Source of the DNA: Asterionella formosa
Taxonomy: Eukaryota
Length of the DNA stretch: 33,563 bases
Direction: 5' to 3'
Assembly (NCBI GenBank): GCA_002256025.1
Contig: NKIB01000347.1
Span: 1 to 33,563 of the forward strand
Positions 1 to 12,011 of this stretch are shown piece after piece. The stretch's first letter is position 1; each line of letters begins with the position of its first letter. A program made the position numbers and the translations under genes. The notes below the pieces were generated by a model, which saw only the letters and a program-made list of their open reading frames with translations, ran no database searches and was not told the DNA's origin.

Positions 1-8
1 CCCGCCGT

Positions 9-221
9 ATCAAACGGTTTCGAATAAGAGGAGTTGGAACGAAGAGATGTGACAAGAACTGACCTGACACTTCTGTCCGACTTGGTCGATGGATGTCTCC
101 CGCCTATTTGTGACTTCCTGCGCAACAAAACTTGCCACAACGACGAATCAAACGGGTTTCGAATATGAGGAGTGGTTGGAACGAAGAGACTTGTCATAAA
201 CATGACACTTCTGTCTGACTA
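9..221. repeat. Imperfect direct repeat, two ~75-nt copies about 138 nt apart
   Basis: ATCAAACGGTTTCGAATAAGAGGAGTTGGAACGAAGAGA...TGACACTTCTGTCCGACT from 9 recurs as ATCAAACGGGTTTCGAATATGAGGAGTGGTTGGAACGAAGAGA...TGACACTTCTGTCTGACT from 147. Confidence 0.85.
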
Positions 222-770
222 TTGGCAATATACAGAGGAAAAATTCCACTTGTACATGTCAAGTGCTCCATGTGACATCGATTAAATCCACTACTAGATC
301 AAAAACTGCTTTAGACCACTATAACGAAATAATCTCACATGGCTGTTTTACTTCAAACTTTTTGAATTTTAGCAATTCGACAATATTTACTATGAACAAG
401 GCCAAGTCATTTGTTTCACGCATATACATTTAAGGTGTCTCAATGTCCAATTAATTTTTTGTTCCTGTTTTTAAAACATGGAGTGAGTCACCTTGGAAGA
501 AAATGAAATTACCTCGTCGTTGAGCTGGGAGGACATGATTATATCTTGCTTCATAGACAATGTAAGTTAATTTCTTATGCAAAATTATGATAAAATGGCA
601 TCCTTTAGCTATCGCTTGTCTCCTTCTGTTACATTATTATTTCATCGCGATTTTGTGTGCCATCCCAATTTAAACATACATGATCGCATCATAGCAATAA
701 AGGGATTTGTGCTGTCTACATATATGTATCCTGAAATGATCTGAAGACCCTCACAAAATACCATATTTTC

Positions 771-1500
771 ATGTTTTTGGATCTTACTTCTTTGTACAAT
801 GAACCGAAGAAGCACCAAAGCTCGAGCAAAGTACAGATTATTTGTAAGACTCTAGATAATGATTTAGTAAAGCATGTCCTAAACAACATTCTTGTCAGAG
901 AACTAGAAAAAAGAAAAGCTAAGAATGGAGGGCGAGCTTTACCATATGGGCCCATCACGAGATTAGTAGCAGACAAGTTGGCACAATAAAATGGCTAACA
1001 AAGAAATCATGGTGAACTACGATTTGAAACAATTGAATAATGATGACAAGCAAGGGACTAATAGTAGGGGGCTTAATTTCTACAGTGCTATTGCATTCCC
1101 AAGCAGAACAAATTGTAACTAGCAGCACACTTATCATTGCAACCAGAGCATCCACTACTACTTCCACTTTGACACCAGTTGCATTTAACTCAAATGAAAA
1201 CAGCAGTTTGAGAAAAAAGAATCTAGAAGGTGGAACTGAACACGAAACTCAACAATCACAATGTACCTGTGAGAATGTTACTGGGGGCAGGGAGGGTAAT
1301 CATTTGTACAACTCCTTCTACTGGTACTGTTATGGTGGTAGGTTTTTGATGTACGGCTGGCTGATGTGATGCATATTACTATACTACCTAAAATGATGAG
1401 ACGAGAAAGAAATACCACATGCAAATGAAGCAAGCCTGGAACATTTTTCACGATAGAGACGAAATTTGAATTTTTGGCTTGACAGTAAAAATTATACCTG
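771..1500 (+). mobile_element. Possible decayed N-terminal part of a DNA transposase gene
   Basis: Broken ORFs 771-989 (RKAKNGGRALPYGPITRLV) and 1040-1369 lie next to two clear transposase relics. The resemblance to N-termini of diatom ITm-type transposases is from memory only. Confidence 0.3.
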
Positions 1501-1599
1501 TAGTCCATATGTTATGATCAAAAGTATAATAGGATAAACGAATCAAAATTTAATGATTAAAGATCATACTTTATACCGGAGTAGTTGCTCATGCATGCA

Positions 1600-2085
1600 A
1601 CCCCCCAATTGACTTCTTCATTGATGAAGTTGAGGTAGCTATATTGACGACGTCAGGTGGCGCAGGCTTTTATATAGATTGATGATGCCGAAAGCATTGC
1701 TTCCTTTTCCCATAGGTATCTATTTGTCAACATTGTTTGGGTCAATCCATTCTTGTTCCCGCAAGACCAGAAGCAATTATCCCTTTAGCTACTTCTCCTC
1801 CCAAGAACCTTCATTTCTCTTTCACAATTGTCCTGATGTTTGCAGAGCATTTTTAGTTCCTTTTTGATTTTTCCACTGGTTTCAATCCCTTTTGCATTCA
1901 AGTCAAGAAACAAGCAACTCATTGAGATTTCTGGAGGTTTTCGGTCAGTGGCACCATACAGCAACAATCAACAGATCATGGCGGCTGTTCTCCATTTTCT
2001 GTAGCAAGTGACATTCAAGAAGGGTCTGGGATCATTGGGGAGAAAAATTAGAAGGCTTCTCTGTGTTTGCCCCCGCCCATTTGGC
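1600..2085 (-). mobile_element. Degenerate IS630/Tc1/mariner-like transposase fragment (copy A)
   Basis: My minus-strand translation through stops gives EGSWEEK*LKG*LLLVLREQEWIDPNNVDK*IPMGKGSNAFGIINLYKSLRHLTS..NFINEE. This aligns with EGCEGKSKGLVQVLWERGLID...DAFGLIDEYNTSLRHLMSLCSDFLNEQ of ORF 3172-3549. Confidence 0.7.
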
Positions 2086-3171
2086 AGCCATTCTACCATT
2101 GCTTGTTCCTCTCAATCAATACTAGTATAGCTAATGAAAACCGTAATTAGATGAAATGTGACTTCCGGTTTCTAATATTTACATTGCTGCACTACTGAAA
2201 CTTGAATCCATAAATGGGCATTCAACTTGTGCTTCTTGCATTTTGCAGTATAGACTGGGGTCTGGTGGTCGATAGGCCAAAGTTTCTTGCTTCTCATGAA
2301 CATCTACAAAGTACTAGTGCTTTTGTTGAGGTTTGTGTCTAAATCCAACTGCTGCCATCCATTGAAATATTCTAGATACATCAAAGAATACGCTCCTGTC
2401 TTCAAAGGTAAGTCACTAGTACGATGACAAAGGAAATCTGATGAGACATGAAAATTACGAAACCAGAATCGCTCTGTTACTGTAAATAGACAATCTCATG
2501 CTTATTTGTGCATATCGCCTGCTATGCTGCATTTCAATTCTAGATGTATAACATTCTTGTTAGAGAGATGATGTTACTACAGAGAAGAACTAGATTGTGC
2601 TGTTCTATAATGGATGCTGTTTAGCTATAATTGAGGTTGTAACACTGATAGATGCTCTGGTGACAGACCGGAAATATTCGCCTTGTGTGATGAGCCATTT
2701 CGTTTTCATTGGATTTCTTTTCAAGCTCTTAACGGATTGCATAGTACGAACATACTGTGCAATGCAGATGATGATTCATCGACTACAAATGAAGATTTTA
2801 TCACAAACACTTGTTCCTCTCGACATGGCTAATTTGTTGTTGTTGCAAGAATCAGAGTGAGGACTGGCAAGGATGATGAGCCAAACCACATTACTTTTAT
2901 TTGGTACGCACATTATCCTACCAAGAAATTTAAATAAAGGAACCTAAAAGAAACAATACGTATTATAATTTAATTTCCATAATCAAAAGGGTTACTTTTT
3001 AAATTACAAGGGCATTTACCAAAATCATTAGATGATATAACGAAAAATTATGATCAGATGATCATAATCCTATGATGCGTCATAGGAATATGATGGTTTT
3101 TATTTGCAGACGGAGCCAATAATTAATTGAAAAATAAAAGCGATCTGATGCTCCTCTGTCCATAACATCAA

Positions 3172-3760
3172 ATGCCAACATCGACACAAATCTCAAGGTT
3201 CAAGGAGGGTTGTGAAGGAAAATCGAAGGGACTAGTTCAAGTGCTTTGGGAAAGGGGATTAATTGATGGAACAAAGTTGAATAGCTACACACTTACTGGT
3301 CGAAAAGATGCATTTGGCCTAATAGATGAGTACAATACTAGTCTTCGACATCTTATGTCCTTGTGTTCTGACTTCTTGAATGAGCAAGGCATGATGCAAT
3401 ATATTGGGACCAGCCTTGGAGCAGAAGTAATGCTAACTTCAAAATGCCATGCCGAGATAGCTGGGGAAGGTAAGGAAAAGAAGGGGAAATCGAATTTCAT
3501 GGCAAGTGTTAGAACATGTTTTTCAGCAGAAGTGACTACAGGAGCCTGAATAAGGAAATTTTCTCAACGAGCTCCTTGCCAGTACATGTTGGCTTCTTAC
3601 CATGATGCTCTTGGCTGATTCTGGCTTATTTGAACCAGAACTGCAACAGCAGCACTCCAAGCATGGCCCTGTCAAAATCGACGACCTTATAAAGAAGATG
3701 AAGACACATCGATGTGCCTTGGACTTCGATTACAAGTTTGTAATGAATGTAGATGAATAA
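3172..3760 (+). mobile_element. Degenerate IS630/Tc1/mariner-like (DDE_3-type) transposase C-terminal fragment (copy B)
   Basis: Motifs GKSKGLVQVLWERG, DFLNE and LTSKCHAEIAGEG (cf. PKxHxE signature). The IEYxWG segment expected next is missing and downstream frames contain stops. Confidence 0.7.
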
Positions 3761-4083
3761 AGTGATGGCTGATGTTGTTTTATGCTTGTCAACATTACGT
3801 AAACTCATGCATGAATATCTTTTTCCATTAAATATTCCCCATGCTAATTATTATCCATCATACTACTAGGGCAACGGTGGCCTCTATTTGTAGTCTGAGC
3901 ATAATTCCAGCCATATCATAGTTACCTGTCATCATCATTTCTTACCGTTAGTTAGTTTATATGCACACCAGTAGATACTATACGGTGATAAATTTTGATC
4001 CGATCTTGAACAATGTTAGTATCACCATCAGTGCACAGAACAATCATTGTCTGTCATTTTTCTCCAGAACGACATTCAACAAT

Positions 4084-5311
4084 ATGGCACCCCATTTCTC
4101 TTCGATCGAAGTCCCCACATGCCCTCGTTTCCAGGGATGGACTGCCCTCTTCGTCTTTTCGGCAGTAGCTCTTGGAGCTCACGAGTCTGCTCTGAAGAAT
4201 AGTGGAACCAGTAAGTTACGAATGATCTCGTTGAATGGTGAACGTCCGCGGCCTCCTTCGTCTCCTTTTCTTTACTGAAACACCCTCTTGACAAAGATAC
4301 GCTGTCTACTCTCCCGCGTAGATCTCGAACTATTTCCGCTTCAATCATGTTTGATCCCACCTTACATATCTACTAATGCAGTGTTCGCCAATTGTTGCTA
4401 GGTAGCACACCAGCAGAGAAATGGGTGTTAATTGTTACGATCATGAGTATGTCGTTTAGTCTCCTAGCCGTGATTGCACATTTTGTGGAGGTAACCAGGA
4501 CGAAGTTCGTTGGAACTAAGATTGAAGGTGGCGTCGCCAGTTTGCTCCTTGTTTTCTGGGCTGCTGGATTAGTTTACATTATGAACCCTGACCTGAATAT
4601 GGCAGCAACAATTATTTTGGAGCGCCCTGCCATTTATAACTCCAACTTGTATTTGTAAGTCTCTAAACGTCAATACTATTCATGCAACAGCCTCTCCATT
4701 TGCGCACCGACTCATGCTATTTACTTTCTTCACTCTATAGCTCCTCTTGGATTTCCTTTGCACTCATCATGTTAATCAATGGAGGCATTGGCCAACAAGC
4801 GGCTGGTAGGGACTTTGTAGCACAAAGCACCCCCAAGACTATGAAATGGTGTGGCCTTGCAGGATGTGCTATGGTCATGTTGGCATCATCCATTACGTTT
4901 CATCGCTCATTCAATTGCAACGAAAATGGATACAGCGCTGATTGTAAACATAATAAATATGCCATCTCTCTTGGGGTCATTGGAACAGTGTTTGGAGTCG
5001 GCATGTCCTACTTGACATCCAAGGGGTCATTGAAGATTTTGTATGAGCTGATTGTATCTTGTCTTGCATTCATTTTATTTGCTGCAGGAGTCATTGTAAT
5101 CACATTTAGTCCTGGGCCTGGAACAACGATTGGTAATTTATACTTTTCTACCTGGCTGGCATTTATTGTGAGTGTCATGTTATTTACCGAATGTGTTCAC
5201 GAATTTATGCAAGTCAAAAGTGGTGATGTGGAGACCCCATCTACACCAACTATCCAATCGACAGGACCAGGGGTACGTGCCTCTACAGGAGGTATGCAAG
5301 CACATAAATAG
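4084..5311 (+). CDS. Multi-pass membrane protein with two 4-TM MARVEL-like halves, paralog 1; exons 4084-4210, 4402-4654, 4741-5311 (316 aa)
   Basis: Introns GTAAGT 4211..TAG 4401 (branch-like TACTAAT at 4371) and GTAAGT 4655..TAG 4740 join three ORFs in frame. About 8 hydrophobic segments; repeated SNLYFSSW / GNLYFSTW motif; colinear with the gene at 13002. Confidence 0.9.
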
Positions 5312-5553
5312 GAGAGTTGCATCTATGTCATTATTGCAAATGTGTGTGTGTATGATTTGAGAATTTCCAAGTTAAAGAGTGCAGGGGATAATGCATGTTG
5401 CTTATGTAAAGTGAATTGTTATAGCATAATTGTTTACTTTATTGCATTATCTACAACAAATGTACGTTGTCAGAACCTATTGTTGATTTGGACAGATCTA
5501 CATGCATTTCAACATTGAATTTGATCAGCAGATTGCAAGCAGGATGAAATAAT

Positions 5554-5570
5554 CCCCCCCCCCCCCCCCC
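5554..5570. repeat. Poly-C homopolymer (17 nt)
   Basis: Directly visible. Confidence 0.9.
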
Positions 5571-6439
5571 GACTTGAGCCATTACGAATTCATATAGGGG
5601 CAAGGATCCAAATGAAGAAAGTATCAATCCAACCTAGCTTCAACATATCAGCTAGCTACTCTTCCCAATATTTTGCATCACTACCATTCGCCCCCTGACC
5701 ATCCCCAAAACTTTTGTAGATAAGGAAAACGGGAATGACATGTTCGCTCAGTCAAAATGAATGGCAACTTATAAGACTTAAATGATCTTTAGTAGTGATG
5801 TAACCAACCCACATGGTATTCCTGCTATTGTGGTTTCCCTGCCTACAAATAAAACTTGGACACAGAATACAAGGCAGTGAAAGATCATGTCTTTAAGAGA
5901 GAAATGAGATGATAAGATGTCACTGACCCTGATGAGGCAGCAGTCATGTCCCCATAATTGAATGAAAATGACAACAAGCCTTACTTGATGGAACTTTCAC
6001 CTGTAAAAACTCAAAGAAAATTAGTGTGGAACAAGCATACGCTATGTGCTATCCAAAAGATGTCAAGATAACAAAAAAGGTGAAAGAGATTCAAAGAATG
6101 ATGCACAAATGTTTATGGATGGTTGGGTCAAACAAGAAGATAGCTAGCATGGTTGTAGTGTATTGGGCAAATGATTTTCAAAATATATGAACGACTACAA
6201 TAGAAAACTAAGAAAGTACTAATACTAGGCGAAATGGCGATTTTCAAATTATGCATAATTCTTTGGTAGTTCTCATTTCCAGCAGATTTTATTTAGTAAG
6301 AAAATTTGAGTAAACATCAGGAATTGCTGTGGAATCTCTCGCAAATCAGGTTTCATCACGGCATTGACTGGATATTGCTTAGTTCTGTGGTCCTACTCTT
6401 TTCTGGCGATTGTTTAGCATGAAAATCCGAAGAAACAGG

Positions 6440-7240
6440 TGCAGGGACGACCTGTCTGAAATTGGATGAAGCTTACTAGTTCGATTCTGTTTGATTCTTA
6501 CATTCAGAGCATTGTAGCAACTGCGTGGCAACCCATCGGTCCCATGCTTGTTCCGCCTAAAAAGAGCTCTTGGATCCGAGTGTCATTGACTCCATATGAC
6601 GATTTTTTCCTTCTCAGTTCATCTTCTAGAATGGCTTTTGTTACTGATTTCACTCCATCTGGCCCTAATCGGTTTCCAGTCAAATACAGTTTGGTCAAAG
6701 CGCACCCTCTCCTGATCCCATCAGCCAACGCCATGGCTCCTTCTTCCCGCATGTGATTCCCTGCCAAGTAGAGCATATGCAAGGCAGATCCAAACAAAGC
6801 ACGTGCCTATGATCTAATCCCATCATTTTTTTTGCCGACTTTGTTGAATCCAAGATGCAACGATCCCAAAGCGCGGTGTGCTGAAATCCCAACAGCCAAC
6901 GTATTAAAACATACCTTCGTTGCCCAAGTTGTTGTAACCTGGCTGGTTTGTGAATGAAGATTTGAATTCTGCAGCAGGGCCACTTTGACTAAGCGTGCGT
7001 CCGATGACTGCAATCCTCGCTGTAATAATCAATCTACCAATCGTGAGTGCAGATGGAGGATTTGAGGGAAAAAAGCGCCAAGGGGTTAGAGCAACTGAGC
7101 CACAACACAGCGCAAGACAACAACACGCACTCGGGGTTCTTGTACCAGTACTTAACTTGGTGAGCTATCGTCGTATGAGTGCTTCTGATAAGCGCTGAAG
7201 GACACTCTCTCGAGTTGGCGTTGCTTTGGGGTAGTGGTGC
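6440..7240 (-). pseudogene. Pseudogene of an RNI-type (NLRC3-like) LRR protein
   Basis: Repeats GYNNLGNEG, LHLGFNKVG, LYLAGNHMREEGAMALA, LYLTGNRLGPDG, LFLGGTSMGPMG. In-frame TAG at 6807-6809, frameshifts near 6905-6950 and 7030, and a probable intron ~7034-7155 with a mutated donor (AAG|TTAAGT). Confidence 0.75.
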
Positions 7241-7987
7241 GACTTCAATTTGCCAATTTTACATTGACAATGCGCACTTACTTCAGCCTAGAGCGGCGAT
7301 GTTTATGGTTGCGTTAATTTGGTGCATGAGGATGGCGAAAAATCTTTTCGCTGTCATTTCTTGGCCGATTCATACCTTCTTGGCATATGTACCACCATAC
7401 GTTATTTGAGTTGTCGTTCTCAATGATTTATCCTCTAAAACAATTTTATCTTGAATTTTTAAAATGTGTGGTTGTAACATCAACTAGTTTTATCTTGAAA
7501 ATCACTGTATGATTCTGAACCATCACATGAAAACCTCAACGAGAAGTCTTGTTCACTATAATAGTTCATATCATTTACGTGAAGTGCACAACTATGAACT
7601 GCAGATTGTCCATGCATGAAATAAGACACCACAAATATCCTTACTATTTCACAAATAAAGATGCGTGTAGTAAATGAATTAGCCACGAGAGCAGGATATT
7701 AGTTGATCTTTGAAATGAATTATTTGAAACATCAGCTAATTCAGTCTCGAGTTCTAAGTTCATTGTGAAAACTTCACATAAAACCGTTAAAAGTAGTAAC
7801 CTTTTTTACGGGAAGAGTGGCATTAGTTCATGTGAAGTACCAAGTAATTAACACTCCTACGTAAATGAATTTTCAAAAAGTGGTGTATTTCGCGGCTTAG
7901 ATGCTAAAGTTAATTTTACGATTTTATGTTTCTCGGTCAGTCTGCCCTCACTTCACTACTATTACTTAATTGGAATATTTATAAATT

Positions 7988-8035
7988 ACGCCTTCATAGG
8001 TGGCGGGTTCGATTCCTGTATTCTCCGCCTGTCTC
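7988..8035 (+). repeat. Fragment of tRNA-derived SINE-like repeat (B-box part)
   Basis: GGTGGCGGGTTCGATTCCTGTATTCTCCGCCTGTCT matches the copies at 18231 and 23505. Confidence 0.7.
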
Positions 8036-8039
8036 TAAA

Positions 8040-9420
8040 TTTTGACAACCTTCTTCTTCTGCGAAAACCGAGCATGCCATCAACCTTCCTTTTACATAAG
8101 CGATGATATGCCAGCATTGTATTAACTCCCATTACTGACAGGAGGAATGCAAACACTCTATTTGGACACCATTTCTTCGCCCATACCACCTCTAAACTGA
8201 TTGGGGAATGCCTCTTTGCATTATGATCATCAACAGCAAATCGAAATTTTCAGTTGTTTTGGATAACCTCTGTATGTTTAATCTGTTTTTGGCGTGTTGT
8301 TCTTGTGCCACCAATTCCTCATTGAAACCTTTCTACTTGATTCTAATGTGCGTACCATACGTAGACATTAGCTAGTTACATCAAAAATTCTCGTTCCTTC
8401 ATGCAATATAAATTAAAGAGGATGTTGTATACTAGTTTTTCTTACCATGCATTTGCAAAGCCACTCTCCAGGTTTTCAAAGGGTGCCTTGATAAATTCAC
8501 TTTGGATGTATTTTAGCCAGTAGAGGCGCTTTTTAAAGAGTTCTAATGCATACAAGAACCCGTTCTTACTTCGTTCAATGATGCCCTTCAGGACCCATAA
8601 ACTACTTTAAAGAATGATTATCTCCTGAACCCCAGATCGAGGACTTTGAGATTCGGAGCACGAGCGAGGCCAACAGCCTTTCTTCCAAGATTATCGAATT
8701 CTAGATATGTTTTATGATCGGGGAGCCTTACACCATTTCCATTGCAAACATGATTCTTTGGTATTAATCTCCTAATGGCCAAGCTTTTGGGGAACAAACA
8801 TGAATACAGGATAGCAATCTTATTTTGGCCATCATGTTTCATTGCCATTTGATGCATTCGTCTGTCCCCTAATAACAAAATTCCTATTAGTCCCCACTCA
8901 TTCGCAAACGAATTGTTTACGAATTCAATGGGATAAACAACATTTTAAGGTTCTGGGGCATCGTCATCATCGAAAGCAACAAGTCCAGCTACAAGGGCAA
9001 CATCATCAGCATTGTGCCAGCACAATCCACCAGATTTAGGAGCTCTGAAGGCATCTCTTCATCTTCTACTGCCTCCTCACCAGATACATTATCACCTTCT
9101 CCATAGTAAAAGAATTCTGGATCAACTTAGAAAATGATGATCTTGAAGTGCTTTTCAAGATTAAATCCCAGTTGTATCAGCATCATCCACATTGCTGGGA
9201 ACTGTAGCTACAATAATATGATAACCACTTCAACTCTGATTTTCTTGAGATCCCTCTGCAAAACTGTCATTCTCTCAAGTTAATGACCCTTTGTGATATT
9301 CACATGATCATTTCAAATCCACAGTGATGGTTGAATGTACTAGGAAAGGCATGAAACAGCAGCACCTTTGCCCATTATTAATCTTTTGTCTTTGCGCCAT
9401 CCTGCACAGATATTTTTGAG
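8040..9420 (-). mobile_element. Degenerate piggyBac-like (DDE_Tnp_1_7) transposase
   Basis: Minus-strand motifs FRFAVDDHNAKRHSPISLEVVWAKKWCPNRVFAFLLSVMGVN, MSTYGT, VLKGII, KKRLYWLKYI and EFDNLGRKAVGL, with an acidic N-terminal tract near 9060-9120. Many stops and frameshifts. Confidence 0.8.
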
Positions 9421-9773
9421 ATGATTTTGGAAAGCAGAGGACTTCTCATGTAAATGAATTAATCTTTTTCAAACCTACAAACTTATTGCCATGCATTTCT
9501 CCAGATATCTACAGTTCTATAATAGCTATGGATCAACTTTTCAGAAATGAAATATATAAAAATGAATTGCGCTAGGGGCAATAGATTGACAAGCTAGACT
9601 GAATTCAGCCTAACCGGAGAGAATAAAAAATTAATATGGCAGTAAGGTATAAACCGTTACATAAATTTACTAGAAGACTTTTAGTGATAGTTTGCTGATG
9701 ATAATGAATACAATTCATGCGACATGTACATATAAGAAGTCAGATTGATTCAGGCTGAAGCTTACATACAGTG

Positions 9774-12011
9774 CCCGAAATACGAAGTTCGAATATTGCT
9801 AATGCGGCAAAAACTTCGATCTTCGTATTCGGGAAATTTTATGGCCACCTTATGGTCCTGAAGATTAAGTAGTACATCAATCCATGTGCCAAATGACTGA
9901 TCTCGTTTAATGATTTTTATTTCCTACATGAAAATTGGTAGTCTTGTTCGCAGGAATATTATAGGAATTAATTATAATGAAAATCGTCAACACTCAATGC
10001 TGCCATCGTTGTCGTTACTGTTTTTGAAATGTGATTGGCCTTCAGCCTATCTCGGCTCCTTTCTCCTCTTTCACCACCAGTACCTCCCTACCGTCACTTT
10101 GGCGAATCAAGGTCAAACTGAATACTTAACTGAGGAGAAGTATTCCTTTGTGACCGCATTCGATATTGGATAAGCGGTCCCATTCAAGTGCACATGCATC
10201 GAAGTGTGCAAATTGCCATTATATTTGCTGGTGGTTGTGAAATTCAACACATGTTTGCATCTAGGGAAGAGATGAAATTTCGAGATGTGGCTAAAGCGTA
10301 TTTTCGAATTCTGGATGAAGCACTTGAATATGATATGTGCGATACCGCCATAAAAGTTCAACTGCAATATGCATGAGGGTCCAAGGATAAATCGAGCATG
10401 AGGCGGGGCGATACCTTGTGAAAAAATTTGCAGGAGATTAGGAACAAGCTTTGCAACAGTATCATTTCTAGTTCAAATATCGCTCAGGATTCGCACAAAC
10501 TTCCAAGTGGACAAGGTTTGAAGGATACATATTTCGAATTTGTCTGCAATACTTACAAGTAAAGTATCCAAAAGAAGAATCCAATGTGTCAATTTATCAT
10601 TGATGGTGTAGATCTACCTGGTCAATCAACCAGCAGACTCGAAATCATGGTTGTTCCAAGCCCAACTAATCATCGGGAATACAAGGATCTAATTTTGTGC
10701 TATTTGCTTATTTTAAAGATTATTCGGAAGAATATACAATTGTTTCAAGAAATGAAAGACAGGGATGTTGTAAATATAAGTCAACAAGAGATTCTGCTGG
10801 CAGATTGCGAAGAGGAGAGGCATAAGGAACATGTAAGGAGCAGCAAACGAAAGCTTCATCATGACAATGGCTATTCATCACAACGCAAACAGAAAAACCC
10901 AACCATAATGGATATGTGTATGCTCAATATTCAAACAGCGCAAACTCAAAAGGGAAAAACTGATGAGATTGCTGGGTGGAGTGTACAATTTTTTACCTTA
11001 TTCTGTAATCTAATAATTTGTGTAGGTTCTATGAATTCAATCGTGACAGAAATTGAGGTTAGCCAACCAAATCATTTTCTGCGGAATCATCAGCATGCTG
11101 ACAACCAAAAAAAATCTCGGCTTCAGGCAGAAGCAAAATTTTGTTGCTGTGGAAGCATAGTACAGCAAGCCCAACAACATCAAGGCGACTACCAGAGCAA
11201 ATTTGATTCAGTCAAAGCTGGTCTGGAGCTAGAAGTCTATGCTGGATGGTGCGCCATCCTGTAGAGCAACTCGATATCCTTGTACAGAAGATTGGTGCAA
11301 TCTTTCCTGTGCAGATCATACCAGCCATTTGATATTGTCATACCATACAGTTTCAAGCATATGTTGAATTGAAGACAAAAAATTTTGTGAAAGAATTTTG
11401 CTTCCCATGTATTCATGTCCAATTATAAGATGCGCATTTCATTTGTTAGGAACTTTTTCTTCCACCAACATGACTCTTCTTGCCTTTACACCAGAGGTAG
11501 TTTCATTCTAATTTGCTTAGCAGATGTTGTTGGATGGTGGCGATTGCTGATTCCCCATTTCAGATTGAATTTCCAAATGGAATTGAGAAACCAGCTCATT
11601 TGTTTACAACACAGCTGGCAACAAGGCTGCTGGTAGTTGCCATGACAACTGCTTCCATGGTTGCACACACTGTTGATAATGCCCTAGGAAGGTTGACAAT
11701 AGCATCGGCAGAGTTGTCATGTTACAAAAGAAATGATAATTATTTTAATAATATGCAATATTAATGTGAAGTATCGACTACTATATCATCAGTAAATGAG
11801 ATGATGATTACATATTGTTTCCGCTATTCTGATTGGTGGAGACAATCTCCGTTTTCCCGAAGATAAATCTTCGAATAAATCTTCGGGAAATGAAGATTGT
11901 TCAAGAAAATACGAAGATTGGGTCAACATTGGGGATGACCCCCGAAATATTTGGCCGAACGAAGATGTATCTTCGTAATCGGGGGGACGAAAATACGAAG
12001 ATTAAACGCCC
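9774..12011. mobile_element. Internally deleted PIF/Harbinger-like element with palindromic end arrays
   Basis: Minus strand 11237-11422 (TWEAKFFHKIFCLQFNICLKL..W..RKDCTN...DIELL) resembles a Harbinger transposase N-terminus. A second broken ORF converges on the plus strand (~10100-10950, KLPSGQG). Both ends carry TACGAAG/CGAAGAT palindromic motifs; the right end reads AAACGCCC. Boundaries are approximate. Confidence 0.55.

Noticed and set aside
4682..4740. ORF-track starts at 4392, 4682, 13390, 13607, 22040 and 27331 as separate genes
   Set aside because: They are internal exons, with the called start in an intron or mid-exon; splice sites join them in frame to upstream exons.
5554..5570. 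Poly-C tract as a functional G-quadruplex or regulatory element
   Set aside because: A single homopolymer of uncertain assembled length with no supporting context.
10584..11264. 226-aa ORF as a host gene
   Set aside because: It appears to be a composite of decayed element sequence inside the Harbinger-like unit; the upstream part is broken by stops and no domain is recognisable.
11853..12011. CRISPR-like array
   Set aside because: The motifs are only 7-12 nt, irregularly spaced and in both orientations; no cas genes; eukaryotic context.
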